Notes: generated by a model not told the origin, from the letters alone. 64,000 bases of DNA from an uncultured Methanosarcinales archaeon (GCA_964621065.1 CAZULG010000003.1:34849-98848); one strand, 5' to 3'. Positions 1 through 10,186 are shown, counted from the first letter of the stretch. Numbers and translations: made by a program.

Positions 1-1906
1 CTGCAATGATCATACCTTGACTCTCAACTCCTTTGAATTTAGTATGCTTTACATTTGTTAATACAACAATTTTTTTATTAATTAACTCTTCTTTTGAGTA
101 ATTATTATCTGCACCAAAAACTATTTGTCTTACATCTTCAGCTTCACCATCTCGACTCACTCTCACTCTCACAATCATTAAATTATCTGCTTGGGGATGA
201 CTCTGAACTCCAATAACTAACCCTGTTTTAAGTTGCAAAGATGAGAAATCACTGTGTTGCAAAACAGTTGTATTATTGAGAGAATATTTCTCATCATTAA
301 TCGTATATGAAGAATTGAGTAATTTCAAAAACGTATTTTTGTTATCAAGTAAAAATGAACTCAATTTTGGACCTTTCTTTTTTCCAATCAATACATAATA
401 TGCATAAGTGAAAAATACTTTCATATCCATACCTAATCTCTCTTTTACAGATTTAAAATATGGAACAATATCTTCTATTGTATTTGAGTGCTCAAGAGCT
501 TCACGTAAATATTCAACAACGCTCATCTCCTCATTAGTAATCTCACCCAATGTTGATTTAATTTCAAATGTAAACTCTGCAGGTGCATACTTTCTTATCC
601 AATTTTTAACACACTCAAAGCGCTCTTTTAATCGTCTCTTATCATACTCGGTCTTAATCTCACTCTTATAATATGCTTCAACTTTTTGATAATCAAAATT
701 AAATGATTGAGCTAATACACTTAAATGACGAAATTGTGGCTGAAGCGGAAGTGATGTTGGAACACCCACTCCATTAGGTAGTGATAATTCATATTGACGC
801 AGTTTATTCACGCGTTGCTTTTCATTCTTCTCTTCTTCAAGTCCAAAATATAATCGCTCAAGTTTATCGAAATCTTCATATAATTTAATAACATCTTGAT
901 CAAAACTCAAATGAATCTCAGCGTTAGGTCGAGTCCCTGCAAAAATAAATAATACCATCTCAGGAGTATAAATATCTAAAACATCTCTCACACGCAATGC
1001 ACCTCCTTTTGAAGATGAAATTTTTCCACCAACTCCTTTTAATAATACAAAATCATACATCGTATACACAGGAGCATCTCTGTTAAATATTCTTTTAATA
1101 ATCTCTCGTCCAACAGTATATGAACTCCCTGGAGTTGAATGGTCTTTTCCACCGGGCTCAAAACACACTTTAAAGTAATTCCACCGCATTGGCCAATCAG
1201 CTTTCCATCTCAGTTTTACTCGAGGATTCTCTTTAAAATTAACCTGCTTCTCAGCTCCGTTCAAATCCCCTTCTTCTCTAATTTTATACGTGAGTGTATA
1301 TTTCCCATCAAAACTCAGTACCTCATTAGTATCTTTTTGCGTTTCATCATCATACACATCAATTGGCCACCAACTTTCATTTAGTTGTTGATCTTCTCCT
1401 CTGTATTTATTCAACTCCTCAATAATAATATGTTTATTATTCAACATCTCTCGTATTGAATCTGCATACACTCCACTTTGTTGTATCTCATATTGATTTT
1501 GGAATTCAATTGGAAAATTAAACGCTCCAACTTCACTCTCAAATGTTTTCATAAAAAATTCTGCATATGACTTCTCTGGTGTATCAAATGGATTTGGAAC
1601 AGCTCCATCAGGCATTCTCAAATACTTCTCCCATTCTTGAGGAACATCTTTTGGAACCTTACGAAACGCATCATAACTATCCCACGAATACAAAAATTTT
1701 GTTTTAACTCCCTTATCAACTAAAGCTCTTCGTACAAATTCAGTTGTAATGACTTCTCTAAAATTACCAATATGAATATACCCACTTGGCGTAATTCCAC
1801 TTGCAACAGTATATATATCTTCATTTGGAAATTGTTCTAATACACGTTGAGCAGAATTATCAGCCCAATGCACATTTTCAAATTGCTCGTTATTATCTTG
1901 ACTCAT
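1..1906 (-). CDS. lysS: Class I lysyl-tRNA synthetase with in-frame C-terminal Trbp111/CsaA-like tRNA-binding domain (3' end runs off the window)
   Basis: Not in the ORF track. Hand translation from ATG 1906 gives MSQDNNEQLKNVHWADNSA...VASGITPSGYIHIGNFRE (HIGH motif), KISSSKG and LIGKKKGPKL. The frame continues without a stop into DFSSLQLKTGLVIGVQSHPQADNL...RQIVFG...VVLTNVKHTKFKGVESQGMIIA. Confidence 0.95.
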   Translation of the reverse strand, partial: MSQDNNEQFENVHWADNSAQRVLEQFPNEDIYTVASGITPSGYIHIGNFREVITTEFVRRALVDKGVKTKFLYSWDSYDAFRKVPKDVPQEWEKYLRMPDGAVPNPFDTPEKSYAEFFMKTFESEVGAFNFPIEFQNQYEIQQSGVYADSIREMLNNKHIIIEELNKYRGEDQQLNESWWPIDVYDDETQKDTNEVLSFDGKYTLTYKIREEGDLNGAEKQVNFKENPRVKLRWKADWPMRWNYFKVCFEPGGKDHSTPGSSYTVGREIIKRIFNRDAPVYTMYDFVLLKGVGGKISSSKGGALRVRDVLDIYTPEMVLFIFAGTRPNAEIHLSFDQDVIKLYEDFDKLERLYFGLEEEKNEKQRVNKLRQYELSLPNGVGVPTSLPLQPQFRHLSVLAQSFNFDYQKVEAYYKSEIKTEYDKRRLKERFECVKNWIRKYAPAEFTFEIKSTLGEITNEEMSVVEYLREALEHSNTIEDIVPYFKSVKERLGMDMKVFFTYAYYVLIGKKKGPKLSSFLLDNKNTFLKLLNSSYTINDEKYSLNNTTVLQHSDFSSLQLKTGLVIGVQSHPQADNLMIVRVRVSRDGEAEDVRQIVFGADNNYSKEELINKKIVVLTNVKHTKFKGVESQGMIIA

Positions 1907-2075
1907 TTTTAATATAGTAATATATAAGAATCATTCTTTTAAAATATTTAGGTTTATTTTTCTAAATTTAGAGCGATTTTTATTTTGTAAAACTAGAAAA
2001 TTACTAGGTTTATTAAATTATTAAGTCTATTCTATGTAATAAACACATTTAAATCAATTATTATTCTTTGGTAGT

Positions 2076-2354
2076 ATGAATTTATTAGAATGTAGAGAAC
2101 AAATAGACAAAATAGATGCTCAAATCTTTGAATTATTATTTTCTCGATTTGATACAATCAAGTGTGTAGTTGAATATAAATTAAAACATAATCTAAACAT
2201 TTATCAATAAAGGAAGAAAAAAGAAGTGTTAGAAAAAGTTAAAACACTTTGTCAAGATAACAATATAAATTATGATTTTGCAAAGCAGTTAATTCAATTC
2301 ATAATAAATGAGAGTAAAAAAGAGCAGGAAAAAATAATTTCAAATATAAGTTGA
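2076..2354 (+). pseudogene. AroQ-type chorismate mutase with in-frame TAA at codon 45 (2208-2210)
   Basis: Hand translation: MNLLECREQIDKIDAQIFELLFSRF...YKLKHNLNIYQ*RKKKEVLEKV...LIQFIINESKKEQ. This matches the CM_2 pattern R..ID.ID..I..LL..R...K...EVL...I..S...Q. Confidence 0.8.
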
Positions 2355-2467
2355 AAATATGAATTTTCAAAAAAAGTCAGCAGTTGAACATCAATATTAA
2401 AAAAAATTATGCTAGAACTGAATTGTTTCTTACTCAATTACTAGTAAATTTCATGATTACTACAATT

Positions 2468-3334
2468 TTATTCAACCCATTCTCCGTAAGAATTTTGAAA
2501 ACAAACATGAAACATAATATTAATTTGAGATAATTTTGTAAGCATTGTATCAACAAGAGTAAATACTCGCTCATACGAGTTCACATTTTCAGAAATATGA
2601 GCAAGTAAAATTATTTGATGTTCTCGAGCAAATAATGAAATAAACTCTTGTGCTTGCAGATTTGATAGATGTCCTTTTGAACTCAATAAACGACCAATAT
2701 AATTTTGATGCATACGCGAAGTAATTGCTAAATGTTCATCATAATTTGACTCAACCACAACAATTGAACACAATTTAGCAAGTTGTACATGATACATTGT
2801 AAATTCTCCCAAATCTGTAAAAAAGCCAATTCTTCTTTGGGAATTAACATCTTTAAATATAAAATTTAATGGGTTGATGCAATCATGAGATGTCTCAAAA
2901 GGATATACCTCAATATTGTGAACTAAAAAAGGAGTATTTATTGAGATATACTCTACTCTATAGTCATTTTGACTACTCTTACTAATATTATTAACTGCAT
3001 TATTATTAATTAAATTTCTTGTATTATTCATATTGTTTATATCCTTAAACACATTCTCTTTAATACGCTTTGATAATACAACAGTAATATGCGGATGATT
3101 CTTCAATACATATTTCAAACCTTTTATATGATCACTATGTTCATGTGTAATAAATATATGAGTAATTAAGTCCATATTAACTAAGTGTTCAATACAAAAA
3201 TCTCTCAAAGTATTATATGAAATTCCACAATCGACTAAATAATAATATACTTGATTTCCACATCCATTCTCCATAATATAGCAATTTCCAGAAGAACCAC
3301 TAGATATAGAATTAATTTTTAAAACCATAATCAT
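2468..3334 (-). CDS. MBL-fold metallo-hydrolase (YycJ/WalJ-like)
   Basis: Motifs SSGSSGN, VDCG, THEHSDH, SHD, TDLG, ESNYD, GHLSN and LAHIS. Confidence 0.9.
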   Translation of the reverse strand: MIMVLKINSISSGSSGNCYIMENGCGNQVYYYLVDCGISYNTLRDFCIEHLVNMDLITHIFITHEHSDHIKGLKYVLKNHPHITVVLSKRIKENVFKDINNMNNTRNLINNNAVNNISKSSQNDYRVEYISINTPFLVHNIEVYPFETSHDCINPLNFIFKDVNSQRRIGFFTDLGEFTMYHVQLAKLCSIVVVESNYDEHLAITSRMHQNYIGRLLSSKGHLSNLQAQEFISLFAREHQIILLAHISENVNSYERVFTLVDTMLTKLSQINIMFHVCFQNSYGEWVE

Positions 3335-3490
3335 ACATACAAAAAATCATATTTTAAATGTATAGTTTCAGTTAACGTAATAACACAACCATTTTAGTAA
3401 ATAAGTAAAAATAAAAGTAAATGAAAAACACAAATTCTAAATTAAAAAATTAAATATACTTACAACCCTATATTCATAACAAAGTTATAA

Positions 3491-4141
3491 CTAGAGTTTA
3501 TCACGCACATCTTTTTGATTTTTTGAGTTTGTAAACTCCTTGTGTGGTAATTTATCTGATTTGTTGTTATTAAGATTGTGATAATGTGAATTTTTCTTAT
3601 ATTTGGAGTCTAAAAACTCTTTAGTAGAAATTGTTCGCTTAGCTTCCAAGATTTCTCGAATATACACTCGTCCAATATCTTCCTCTTGAATTCCTAAAAT
3701 ATCAATATATTCTCTCACTTTCTCATATGAATCACTCTCAATCTCCAAAATTGGGTCAAGCCCTGCGTATTCATCAATATCAAATGTAATATCTTTATAT
3801 CTATATTGAGTTCTATATTTAATTAATTCAAATATTTTAATATAACCAAGTTCATGAAGAATATTTTGCATAGTTCTAAAATTTGAAATCTTAACTCCAA
3901 TTTCATCTCGTCCAATAATACTCTCTTTTGATTTCTTCTTCCCTTTCAAATTCAAATATACATGAGAACCCTTTTGTCTAATTCTCAGCGCCTTACCTTG
4001 CCTTGACAAATCTCTATCAGGAGTATCAAATCTAAAATCTATAACTTTCCCTCCAAAAATTCTAACTGCACCAAGTTGTGTAATTGTATCAATTATCTCT
4101 TGTTTGTTTATATTTCTAACCTTTAATTCGACTTCTCTCAT
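3491..4141 (-). CDS. CYTH-domain protein (class IV adenylate cyclase/triphosphate tunnel family)
   Basis: N-terminal EVELK, then FDTPDRDL...ALRIR, KYR and DID...LEIE. Confidence 0.9.
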   Translation of the reverse strand: MREVELKVRNINKQEIIDTITQLGAVRIFGGKVIDFRFDTPDRDLSRQGKALRIRQKGSHVYLNLKGKKKSKESIIGRDEIGVKISNFRTMQNILHELGYIKIFELIKYRTQYRYKDITFDIDEYAGLDPILEIESDSYEKVREYIDILGIQEEDIGRVYIREILEAKRTISTKEFLDSKYKKNSHYHNLNNNKSDKLPHKEFTNSKNQKDVRDKL

Positions 4142-4570
4142 TTTTCAAAAAAGTCTATACTATAATATTCATAGTATTGTGTACATCAATTCCATAATCG
4201 TAAAGAGTCTACATAATCACAGCTGTTACATAATATTTTATATAACATCACACTTAAACAACATAAATTATATATTGACATACTAATATATATTTACAGT
4301 ATAAATCTATTTACTAATTATAAGAGGTTAGTATTTATAAATGTACTTAAAAAAATCAAATAAGTTCAAAATAAAATTATCAATTAGAACTAGTCATATT
4401 TCTTAAAATAGTATATTTACAATTTTTTTAACAATACAATATACTAATATTAAATGCAGTACACTTGTGATTTGAGATTGCAAAATTATGATGTGAGATA
4501 ATATAGTATATGACCTTAATTTCGTGTGGAAACCTAAAAAAATTAAATTTATCGCTTTTTTTTTATCAAT

Positions 4571-4771
4571 TATTCTAAAAAAAGTTTAATAATTGTCTAA
4601 AATAAAAATAAACTTGTCTAATATTTGTCTAAGTTACGTCTAAACTGAACAAAAAAACTGAATAAAAATAAAGATTTAAAGTGTTAAAACAACTGTTTTA
4701 AAAGATTCAACATTTATAATACAAATAAATAGATATAATATATTTCTAAAAGATGTCTAAGTTTTGTCTAA
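4571..4771. repeat. Phased (TT)GTCTAA direct repeats in a ~1.1 kb AT-rich intergenic region
   Basis: Copies start at 4593, 4614, 4625, 4636, 4753 and 4764, with degenerate copies at 4571 and 4742. Within each cluster the spacings are 11, 21 or 22 bp. Confidence 0.75.
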
Positions 4772-5048
4772 ATTGTGTATATAAATATTATAGATTAATT
4801 CTAATTTATTTACAGGATTTGTCAAATATTGAATATATTTTAAAAAATGAGTAGGTTTGCAGAAGAAATAATAAATTAAAAATTATATTAAATTTTATAT
4901 TAATATTGTAAACATTATTTTTAGTTATATTAAAAAGTTTGGAGTTTTTGTTTTCATATAAATACTATTTTTTTTGCTGAACTCAATTACTATTTCCTTT
5001 CTTTGTTCAATTTCTAACCTCGTATTTTTACGTTATTTTATATACTAC

Positions 5049-5083
5049 GATTTATGATTTATGATTTATGATTTATGATTTAT
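5049..5083. repeat. Tandem heptamer (GATTTAT)x5
   Basis: Read directly from the sequence. Confidence 0.9.
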
Positions 5084-5239
5084 GCATTATTTAATTTACC
5101 TTACTAAACATTTGCTGATTTGTTTTTTTATTATGTAGAGTATTTATTGAATTTTTATAATTATTTTTATTTGTTACTTTTAGTAGTGGTATTTATAAAT
5201 ACATATATATATAAAATATAAAATACTTATAATTATAAT

Positions 5240-5884
5240 ATGGTAAAAATTAAAGATTCGTTTCAAGTGGAAATTGAAATGGAACAAAAAATGTCTCCTC
5301 AAAGTAAAAAAATGTCTGAGGATTATTATGAATGTAGAGTTCAATTTAGACTTTATATGTTTTCAAAAGAAGATGTGTTGAGAAAGTTGAGTGAGAGAGA
5401 ACAAGAATATTTATTAGAAGAAAACAAATACTCACAAATGATTTTTTCAAACAAACAAATAAAATATGAAGAAATAAAAATATCTGATTATGATATTGCT
5501 TACTTCAAGCTCAAATATATTTTGCGTAAGTGTACATTGTTAATAAATAAATTAGATGAAACTCCAGAAGGGTTTGATATTTATCTTGCAAATATAAATG
5601 AAATTCATAAACTCAAGAGAATTATAAATAATAATTTTTTTGCTTCATATAATCACTCTAAAAAAATTATGGGAAGAAATAAACTTGAGAGCAGAGATTT
5701 ATTTAGACACTCACTACTTATTGCAATATATAATTTAAACATAGGAGACATTATTCAAATTAAAGGAGAAGTATATTCTATTAAATCAATTCAAAAAAAT
5801 GAAATTATAGTTATTCACACAACAACAAGACATAAAGAGACATTTAATTTTGAAATTATTAAAGATTATTTATACAAAAAATAA
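5240..5884 (+). CDS. NMD3-related ribosome biogenesis protein (C-terminal portion; N-terminal Zn-binding part absent)
   Basis: YYECRVQFR, EGFDIY and SKKIMGR..SRDLFRHSLLI resemble NMD3 motifs (YYEAIIQLR, GIDIY, S.KL.G...YR.TI). Confidence 0.7.
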   Translation: MVKIKDSFQVEIEMEQKMSPQSKKMSEDYYECRVQFRLYMFSKEDVLRKLSEREQEYLLEENKYSQMIFSNKQIKYEEIKISDYDIAYFKLKYILRKCTLLINKLDETPEGFDIYLANINEIHKLKRIINNNFFASYNHSKKIMGRNKLESRDLFRHSLLIAIYNLNIGDIIQIKGEVYSIKSIQKNEIIVIHTTTRHKETFNFEIIKDYLYKK

Positions 5885-6084
5885 TATTGTATATATAAAA
5901 AATAAGCTCTTAATTTTACACCAAAACAGTTTCCATACGAAATAAAGGACTCAGTCGTAGAAAACAAATTATTTTTTTAATAAAATAAAAAGTTTGGCTG
6001 TATATAACACATCACATATTTAGAAGTATAATTTTATTATAATGACAAAAAATATATTTAAACTTAATATATACATATAGAGTA

Positions 6085-8655
6085 ATGAGTAAATCATTTG
6101 ATAAGTATAATAGTTCAAAAAAAGGTGTAGAGGATTTGCCCATATCTTTTTTAATTGAGTTAACAATAGGATTATTTGCAATAGTTGCAATAGCAATTCC
6201 AATTTATCAAATGTTTATATATGAAGATTATAATAGAGCAGTTGCTTTAGACGCTTCATATTCTATAAAGAATTATATTGATTACACATATGATAATTAT
6301 GCTAATTTAGACTCTCAATGCCTTGAGCCATTTAAATTACAATATTTGTCGACCCCACAAGTACTTATTGAAGATAAAAATAACTATGTTATTACTATTG
6401 AAACAGATAAAATTAGTCTCATCACATATGATGATTTTTTGACACTACTAGACGAAAATAAGCGTATAGATAGTGATTTTAGATTTAATACCATCACATT
6501 GGAAGAGAAATTACCAGATTTTTCACTCATTGAGATGGGAGTAAATACAGCAAGAACAGATAATTCTAATAGTATTGAAATGATTTTTTTAGTTCCAAAT
6601 ATAGCAGCTGAGAATTCTTTAACAACAGGATCAACTGGAAGTTTTTTAAGTGGATATTATGTATTTTATGGAATTAATGAAGGCAGTGCTTTGAAAATTG
6701 AACCAGACGCTGGGTGGATAAATGAAATATTTAATGAAGATCTCGCATCAGATGCAGATTTATACGATATTGGATTTTATAGAGAGAACGGGAATAGATT
6801 TGGAGTGTTGAAAAACAATAATGCTCGATTAAATGTTATGGGAACGTGTGATAAACCACAAGAGAATACAGATGAGGACAATTCGTTTAATTCAAAAGGA
6901 TTCTCATGTAGTGCTTCTTACACCCAAGAACTAAAAAATGGAGAAAGTGAAAAAAAAACAGTGAGAAATAATATTTACTGGAGTGGCAGTAAATCCTCAT
7001 ATCAGTGTGGTTCTGAGTTTGATGGAGGAAGAAACTTTTGCAGTGAACTAGAACAAAACCCTCCACTTGATACAATATTTAATGATAACATTCATAAACT
7101 TAATGGAGATAGTTTAGCTTCAATGAAAACTAATTTTAAAAATTTTTGTAAAAATTTTTATGAAAGTATTGATTCAATATCAGTTCTTAAAATTGAACAT
7201 GGTGAAATTACTCAAGAACAAGATCCAATCGTGTACTCTACAGAGTTTGAATTCTTTGATTTCTTTGAAAAAGTTGAAGTTGAAGATATTGTTCAAAATA
7301 TTGAGAGTAGAGAAAATGATGAAACTAAACCAAAGATATTTAAGCGAAATTATATTTCTTCACAAGATTGTAAGACAAGTGAAGTAGAAAAGGAACAATT
7401 CGAGGAAGTTGGAGTTGATGAAGAAGATGTATGTTCAAGAGTATATGAATATAAAACCCAAGAAAATGGAAAACAACGAATAGAATATATATTTTATGTT
7501 CCTCTTCAACGAGAAGAAAATAAAGGTTTTTACAAAGTCAAAGATAATTCTCAATTTAATGTGATAAGAAATCAACGAGGAGAAATAACACTCTCTATTG
7601 GAAATCGTCAATTAGAAGATTCAAGAACGTCTCTTCAAGACGTTGATTGTTCATTTTTAAGCCGAGTTGGTGGAACAATAACATTTGGACTATTAGGAGG
7701 ATGTGAGAATTTAGAAGTTTATCAAACACAAATTAATGAAAATTTTTTCACAGATGTAATTAATCCAACATTTAATATATTTTTACCCTCAACAATAAAA
7801 GATTCATCTCGAAGAGATACTACAGACGTAGTATATTCGTTTGAAGATTTATTCACAAAAGTGAGTGAAAATAATCAAGCAGGAGAGAATAACGAGCCGG
7901 TAGAAATAAATGGAGAAGAATATATACTCAATACACAATATTTAGACACAAATATAAATGAAATAATATTTAATATGGGGGTTAGAAGAACAACAGATGA
8001 GTATGATGTAATAAATAGACTGACAACTCTTCAATTTAAAACTTCTACAACACAAGGAATAGAAAATAATTTACATTTTAATCCTTTTAAAGAATATCAA
8101 GAAGATTCAAGAGCACTTAATAATTTTGAGGAAAGAGAAAGTATAAATACATTACAATTTGAGTTTGAATCAGGTTCAACAATAGAGAGTTTAGAATATA
8201 CTCCTTCATTTGAGCAAGTTATGTTATCAATATACGACTCTCAATCATTATCTATTAATGATATCAAAAAACAAATTGAAAATAGAGAAATTCAACTCAC
8301 AGTGAGAGATAATGTTGTAGGAAATGAGCAAACTCTCTATTTTACAACAAAAAATCCAAAAAAACCAATTTTTCAAACATTACAAAATCACAATGATGAA
8401 CAAGTGTATGTTTTATCTCCCTTTTCTACGAGTTATCAATTTCAAGAATTATATAAAAATGAAAATGATGAGAGTATATATATTGATGAAACATTTATTT
8501 TTCCAAATAAAAATAGCAATGGAGATATTGTTTTAGAAGAAATCCCCTTTACTTTTACAAGAGAAGAATTTTTTGAAATAGTTGAATCAAGCGGATTTAG
8601 ATTAGAGACAATTTCCTCAATTGATAATGAAGAGGTATTTTTAATTAGAAAATAA
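6085..8655 (+). CDS. Large acidic surface protein with putative class III (pilin-like) signal peptide
   Basis: N-terminus SSKKG|VEDLPISFLIELTIGLFAIVAIAIPIY, followed by a large E/N-rich domain with Cys pairs. Confidence 0.65.
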   Translation: MSKSFDKYNSSKKGVEDLPISFLIELTIGLFAIVAIAIPIYQMFIYEDYNRAVALDASYSIKNYIDYTYDNYANLDSQCLEPFKLQYLSTPQVLIEDKNNYVITIETDKISLITYDDFLTLLDENKRIDSDFRFNTITLEEKLPDFSLIEMGVNTARTDNSNSIEMIFLVPNIAAENSLTTGSTGSFLSGYYVFYGINEGSALKIEPDAGWINEIFNEDLASDADLYDIGFYRENGNRFGVLKNNNARLNVMGTCDKPQENTDEDNSFNSKGFSCSASYTQELKNGESEKKTVRNNIYWSGSKSSYQCGSEFDGGRNFCSELEQNPPLDTIFNDNIHKLNGDSLASMKTNFKNFCKNFYESIDSISVLKIEHGEITQEQDPIVYSTEFEFFDFFEKVEVEDIVQNIESRENDETKPKIFKRNYISSQDCKTSEVEKEQFEEVGVDEEDVCSRVYEYKTQENGKQRIEYIFYVPLQREENKGFYKVKDNSQFNVIRNQRGEITLSIGNRQLEDSRTSLQDVDCSFLSRVGGTITFGLLGGCENLEVYQTQINENFFTDVINPTFNIFLPSTIKDSSRRDTTDVVYSFEDLFTKVSENNQAGENNEPVEINGEEYILNTQYLDTNINEIIFNMGVRRTTDEYDVINRLTTLQFKTSTTQGIENNLHFNPFKEYQEDSRALNNFEERESINTLQFEFESGSTIESLEYTPSFEQVMLSIYDSQSLSINDIKKQIENREIQLTVRDNVVGNEQTLYFTTKNPKKPIFQTLQNHNDEQVYVLSPFSTSYQFQELYKNENDESIYIDETFIFPNKNSNGDIVLEEIPFTFTREEFFEIVESSGFRLETISSIDNEEVFLIRK

Positions 8656-8663
8656 TAATAAAA

Positions 8664-10076
8664 ATGATACAATATAATAACAATAAATATAAACAGGCTC
8701 AATTATTTTCAATGAGATTTTTAGTTATACTAATTCTTGCTATAATTATTTGGTTATTATCTGCAAGTATGATTAGTTCAAATCAAGAAGCAATTGTTAG
8801 CTCTGCTCAAGATATTGCGTGTAGAGGGTTTTTACAAACATATGACGCACTAAGAGGAGATGCATTGAATGCTGCTGCTAAAGTGACTGAGTCAAGAAAC
8901 TTATTTTCAGAACTTGGGCGATTTTGTAAGACTGATAAATTAACGTTTACATCCACAGATAAAGAATATGTACAAGAGCGTTTTGCACAAGCATCACGAA
9001 GATGTTATGAGCGTTATGGTTCTGGAGAGTTAGATTTTTTGGATTTTACGCAACGTGAAGGGTCGTATTGTTTCATTTGTGCAGAAGTTGAATTTGAAGA
9101 TAATGATCAACAAGAAGCATATCAGTATAGAGAAATTGGAGAGTGGATGAGTGAGAATACTGATCCTGAGGATAATGAAGATGATTTATCATATAGGGAT
9201 TTATCTAATATATTTTATATAACAGCAGATGAAGAGCTTACTGAGCAAGATTTTCCAAGAATTGAGGATTTACAATTTGAGGATGAAGTTATTGAAAATT
9301 TCGGTTCTGAGTTGGGCGAGATTAATCAATTCATAAAATATGTTAGAGATACATATACAAGAGAAATCACAACAACTGAAAAGTCGTATGTCGTATTAAG
9401 ATATAACGCAGAAGGATTGAGTTACAATCAAATACTTATAGGAGCTGGAGCAACAGCAGCAGGAACTGCAGCAACAGGATATGCAGTTAAAAAAGGAGCT
9501 TGCTTTTTATCTGGGATTGCACTAAGTTTTACAGGTTTTGGAACCATTGCAGGTATTGGAAAAACAGCAGCTTGTTTGAAAAGTACAATACAAGATGGGG
9601 CAAAATTAGTAAGAGGAGCAATAAAAATATCTAAATTTCTCTCAAGTATGCCTGCAATAAAAATAGGAGGAACAGTTGCGTTGGGAAGTCTTGGAGGAAG
9701 TTCTATACTAGGAGAAGATGTTAATATTGACCCTGAAGACCCTCAATCTTTTATAGATGCTATTCAAAACAGAGAATTAATTATATCCAATAGAGTAAAA
9801 AATCAACTCAGTGATGAGAATAGAGAGTTACTTGAATCTATTGAAAAAGGTGAGGTAAGGATACAATCAAACACAGCTCAGCCAGGAAGAGGTGCAAGTC
9901 AAGACGCAGTAACAGAAGATGATATTCAATCATTAATTTTAGAACTCGTTGATTTAGAAGTCAAAGAATTACAACAACGAGGAGAACTGCCTGATTTTAA
10001 ACAATACTCAGAAATTCTTCCAGAATCAGAATTTTACAGACAATGCGGAGTAGTTCCTGATGCTCGCTTAAATTAA
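8664..10076 (+). CDS. Pilin-like (class III signal) surface protein with internal Gly/Ala-rich hydrophobic segments
   Basis: KYKQA|QLFSMRFLVILILAIIIWLL, paired Cys (CR, FC, RCY, YCFIC) and IGAGATAAGTAATG...LSGIALSFTGFGTIAGIG. Confidence 0.65.
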   Translation: MIQYNNNKYKQAQLFSMRFLVILILAIIIWLLSASMISSNQEAIVSSAQDIACRGFLQTYDALRGDALNAAAKVTESRNLFSELGRFCKTDKLTFTSTDKEYVQERFAQASRRCYERYGSGELDFLDFTQREGSYCFICAEVEFEDNDQQEAYQYREIGEWMSENTDPEDNEDDLSYRDLSNIFYITADEELTEQDFPRIEDLQFEDEVIENFGSELGEINQFIKYVRDTYTREITTTEKSYVVLRYNAEGLSYNQILIGAGATAAGTAATGYAVKKGACFLSGIALSFTGFGTIAGIGKTAACLKSTIQDGAKLVRGAIKISKFLSSMPAIKIGGTVALGSLGGSSILGEDVNIDPEDPQSFIDAIQNRELIISNRVKNQLSDENRELLESIEKGEVRIQSNTAQPGRGASQDAVTEDDIQSLILELVDLEVKELQQRGELPDFKQYSEILPESEFYRQCGVVPDARLN

Positions 10077-10186
10077 TATTTAAATATTAAAATCTAAAAC
10101 ATATAATTTTTTTAGAATAATTCACATAATTTCACACCCACAGCGATACACATTTTTATAAATCCGCACAATTTAAATATTAATAA

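Noticed and set aside
408..1384. Plus-strand ORFs 408-671 and 1139-1384
   Set aside because: Shadow ORFs antisense to lysS, which the track missed because it runs off the window edge.
2208..2210. Stop-codon reassignment explaining the TAA in chorismate mutase
   Set aside because: TAA, TAG and TGA all terminate conserved genes at expected positions in this window (glmS TAA, flaJ TAG, rpoP TGA).
4104..4286. 60-aa plus-strand ORF at the edge of the large intergenic region
   Set aside because: Non-ATG start, I/Y/N-rich composition typical of AT-rich non-coding DNA, and overlap with the CYTH gene start.
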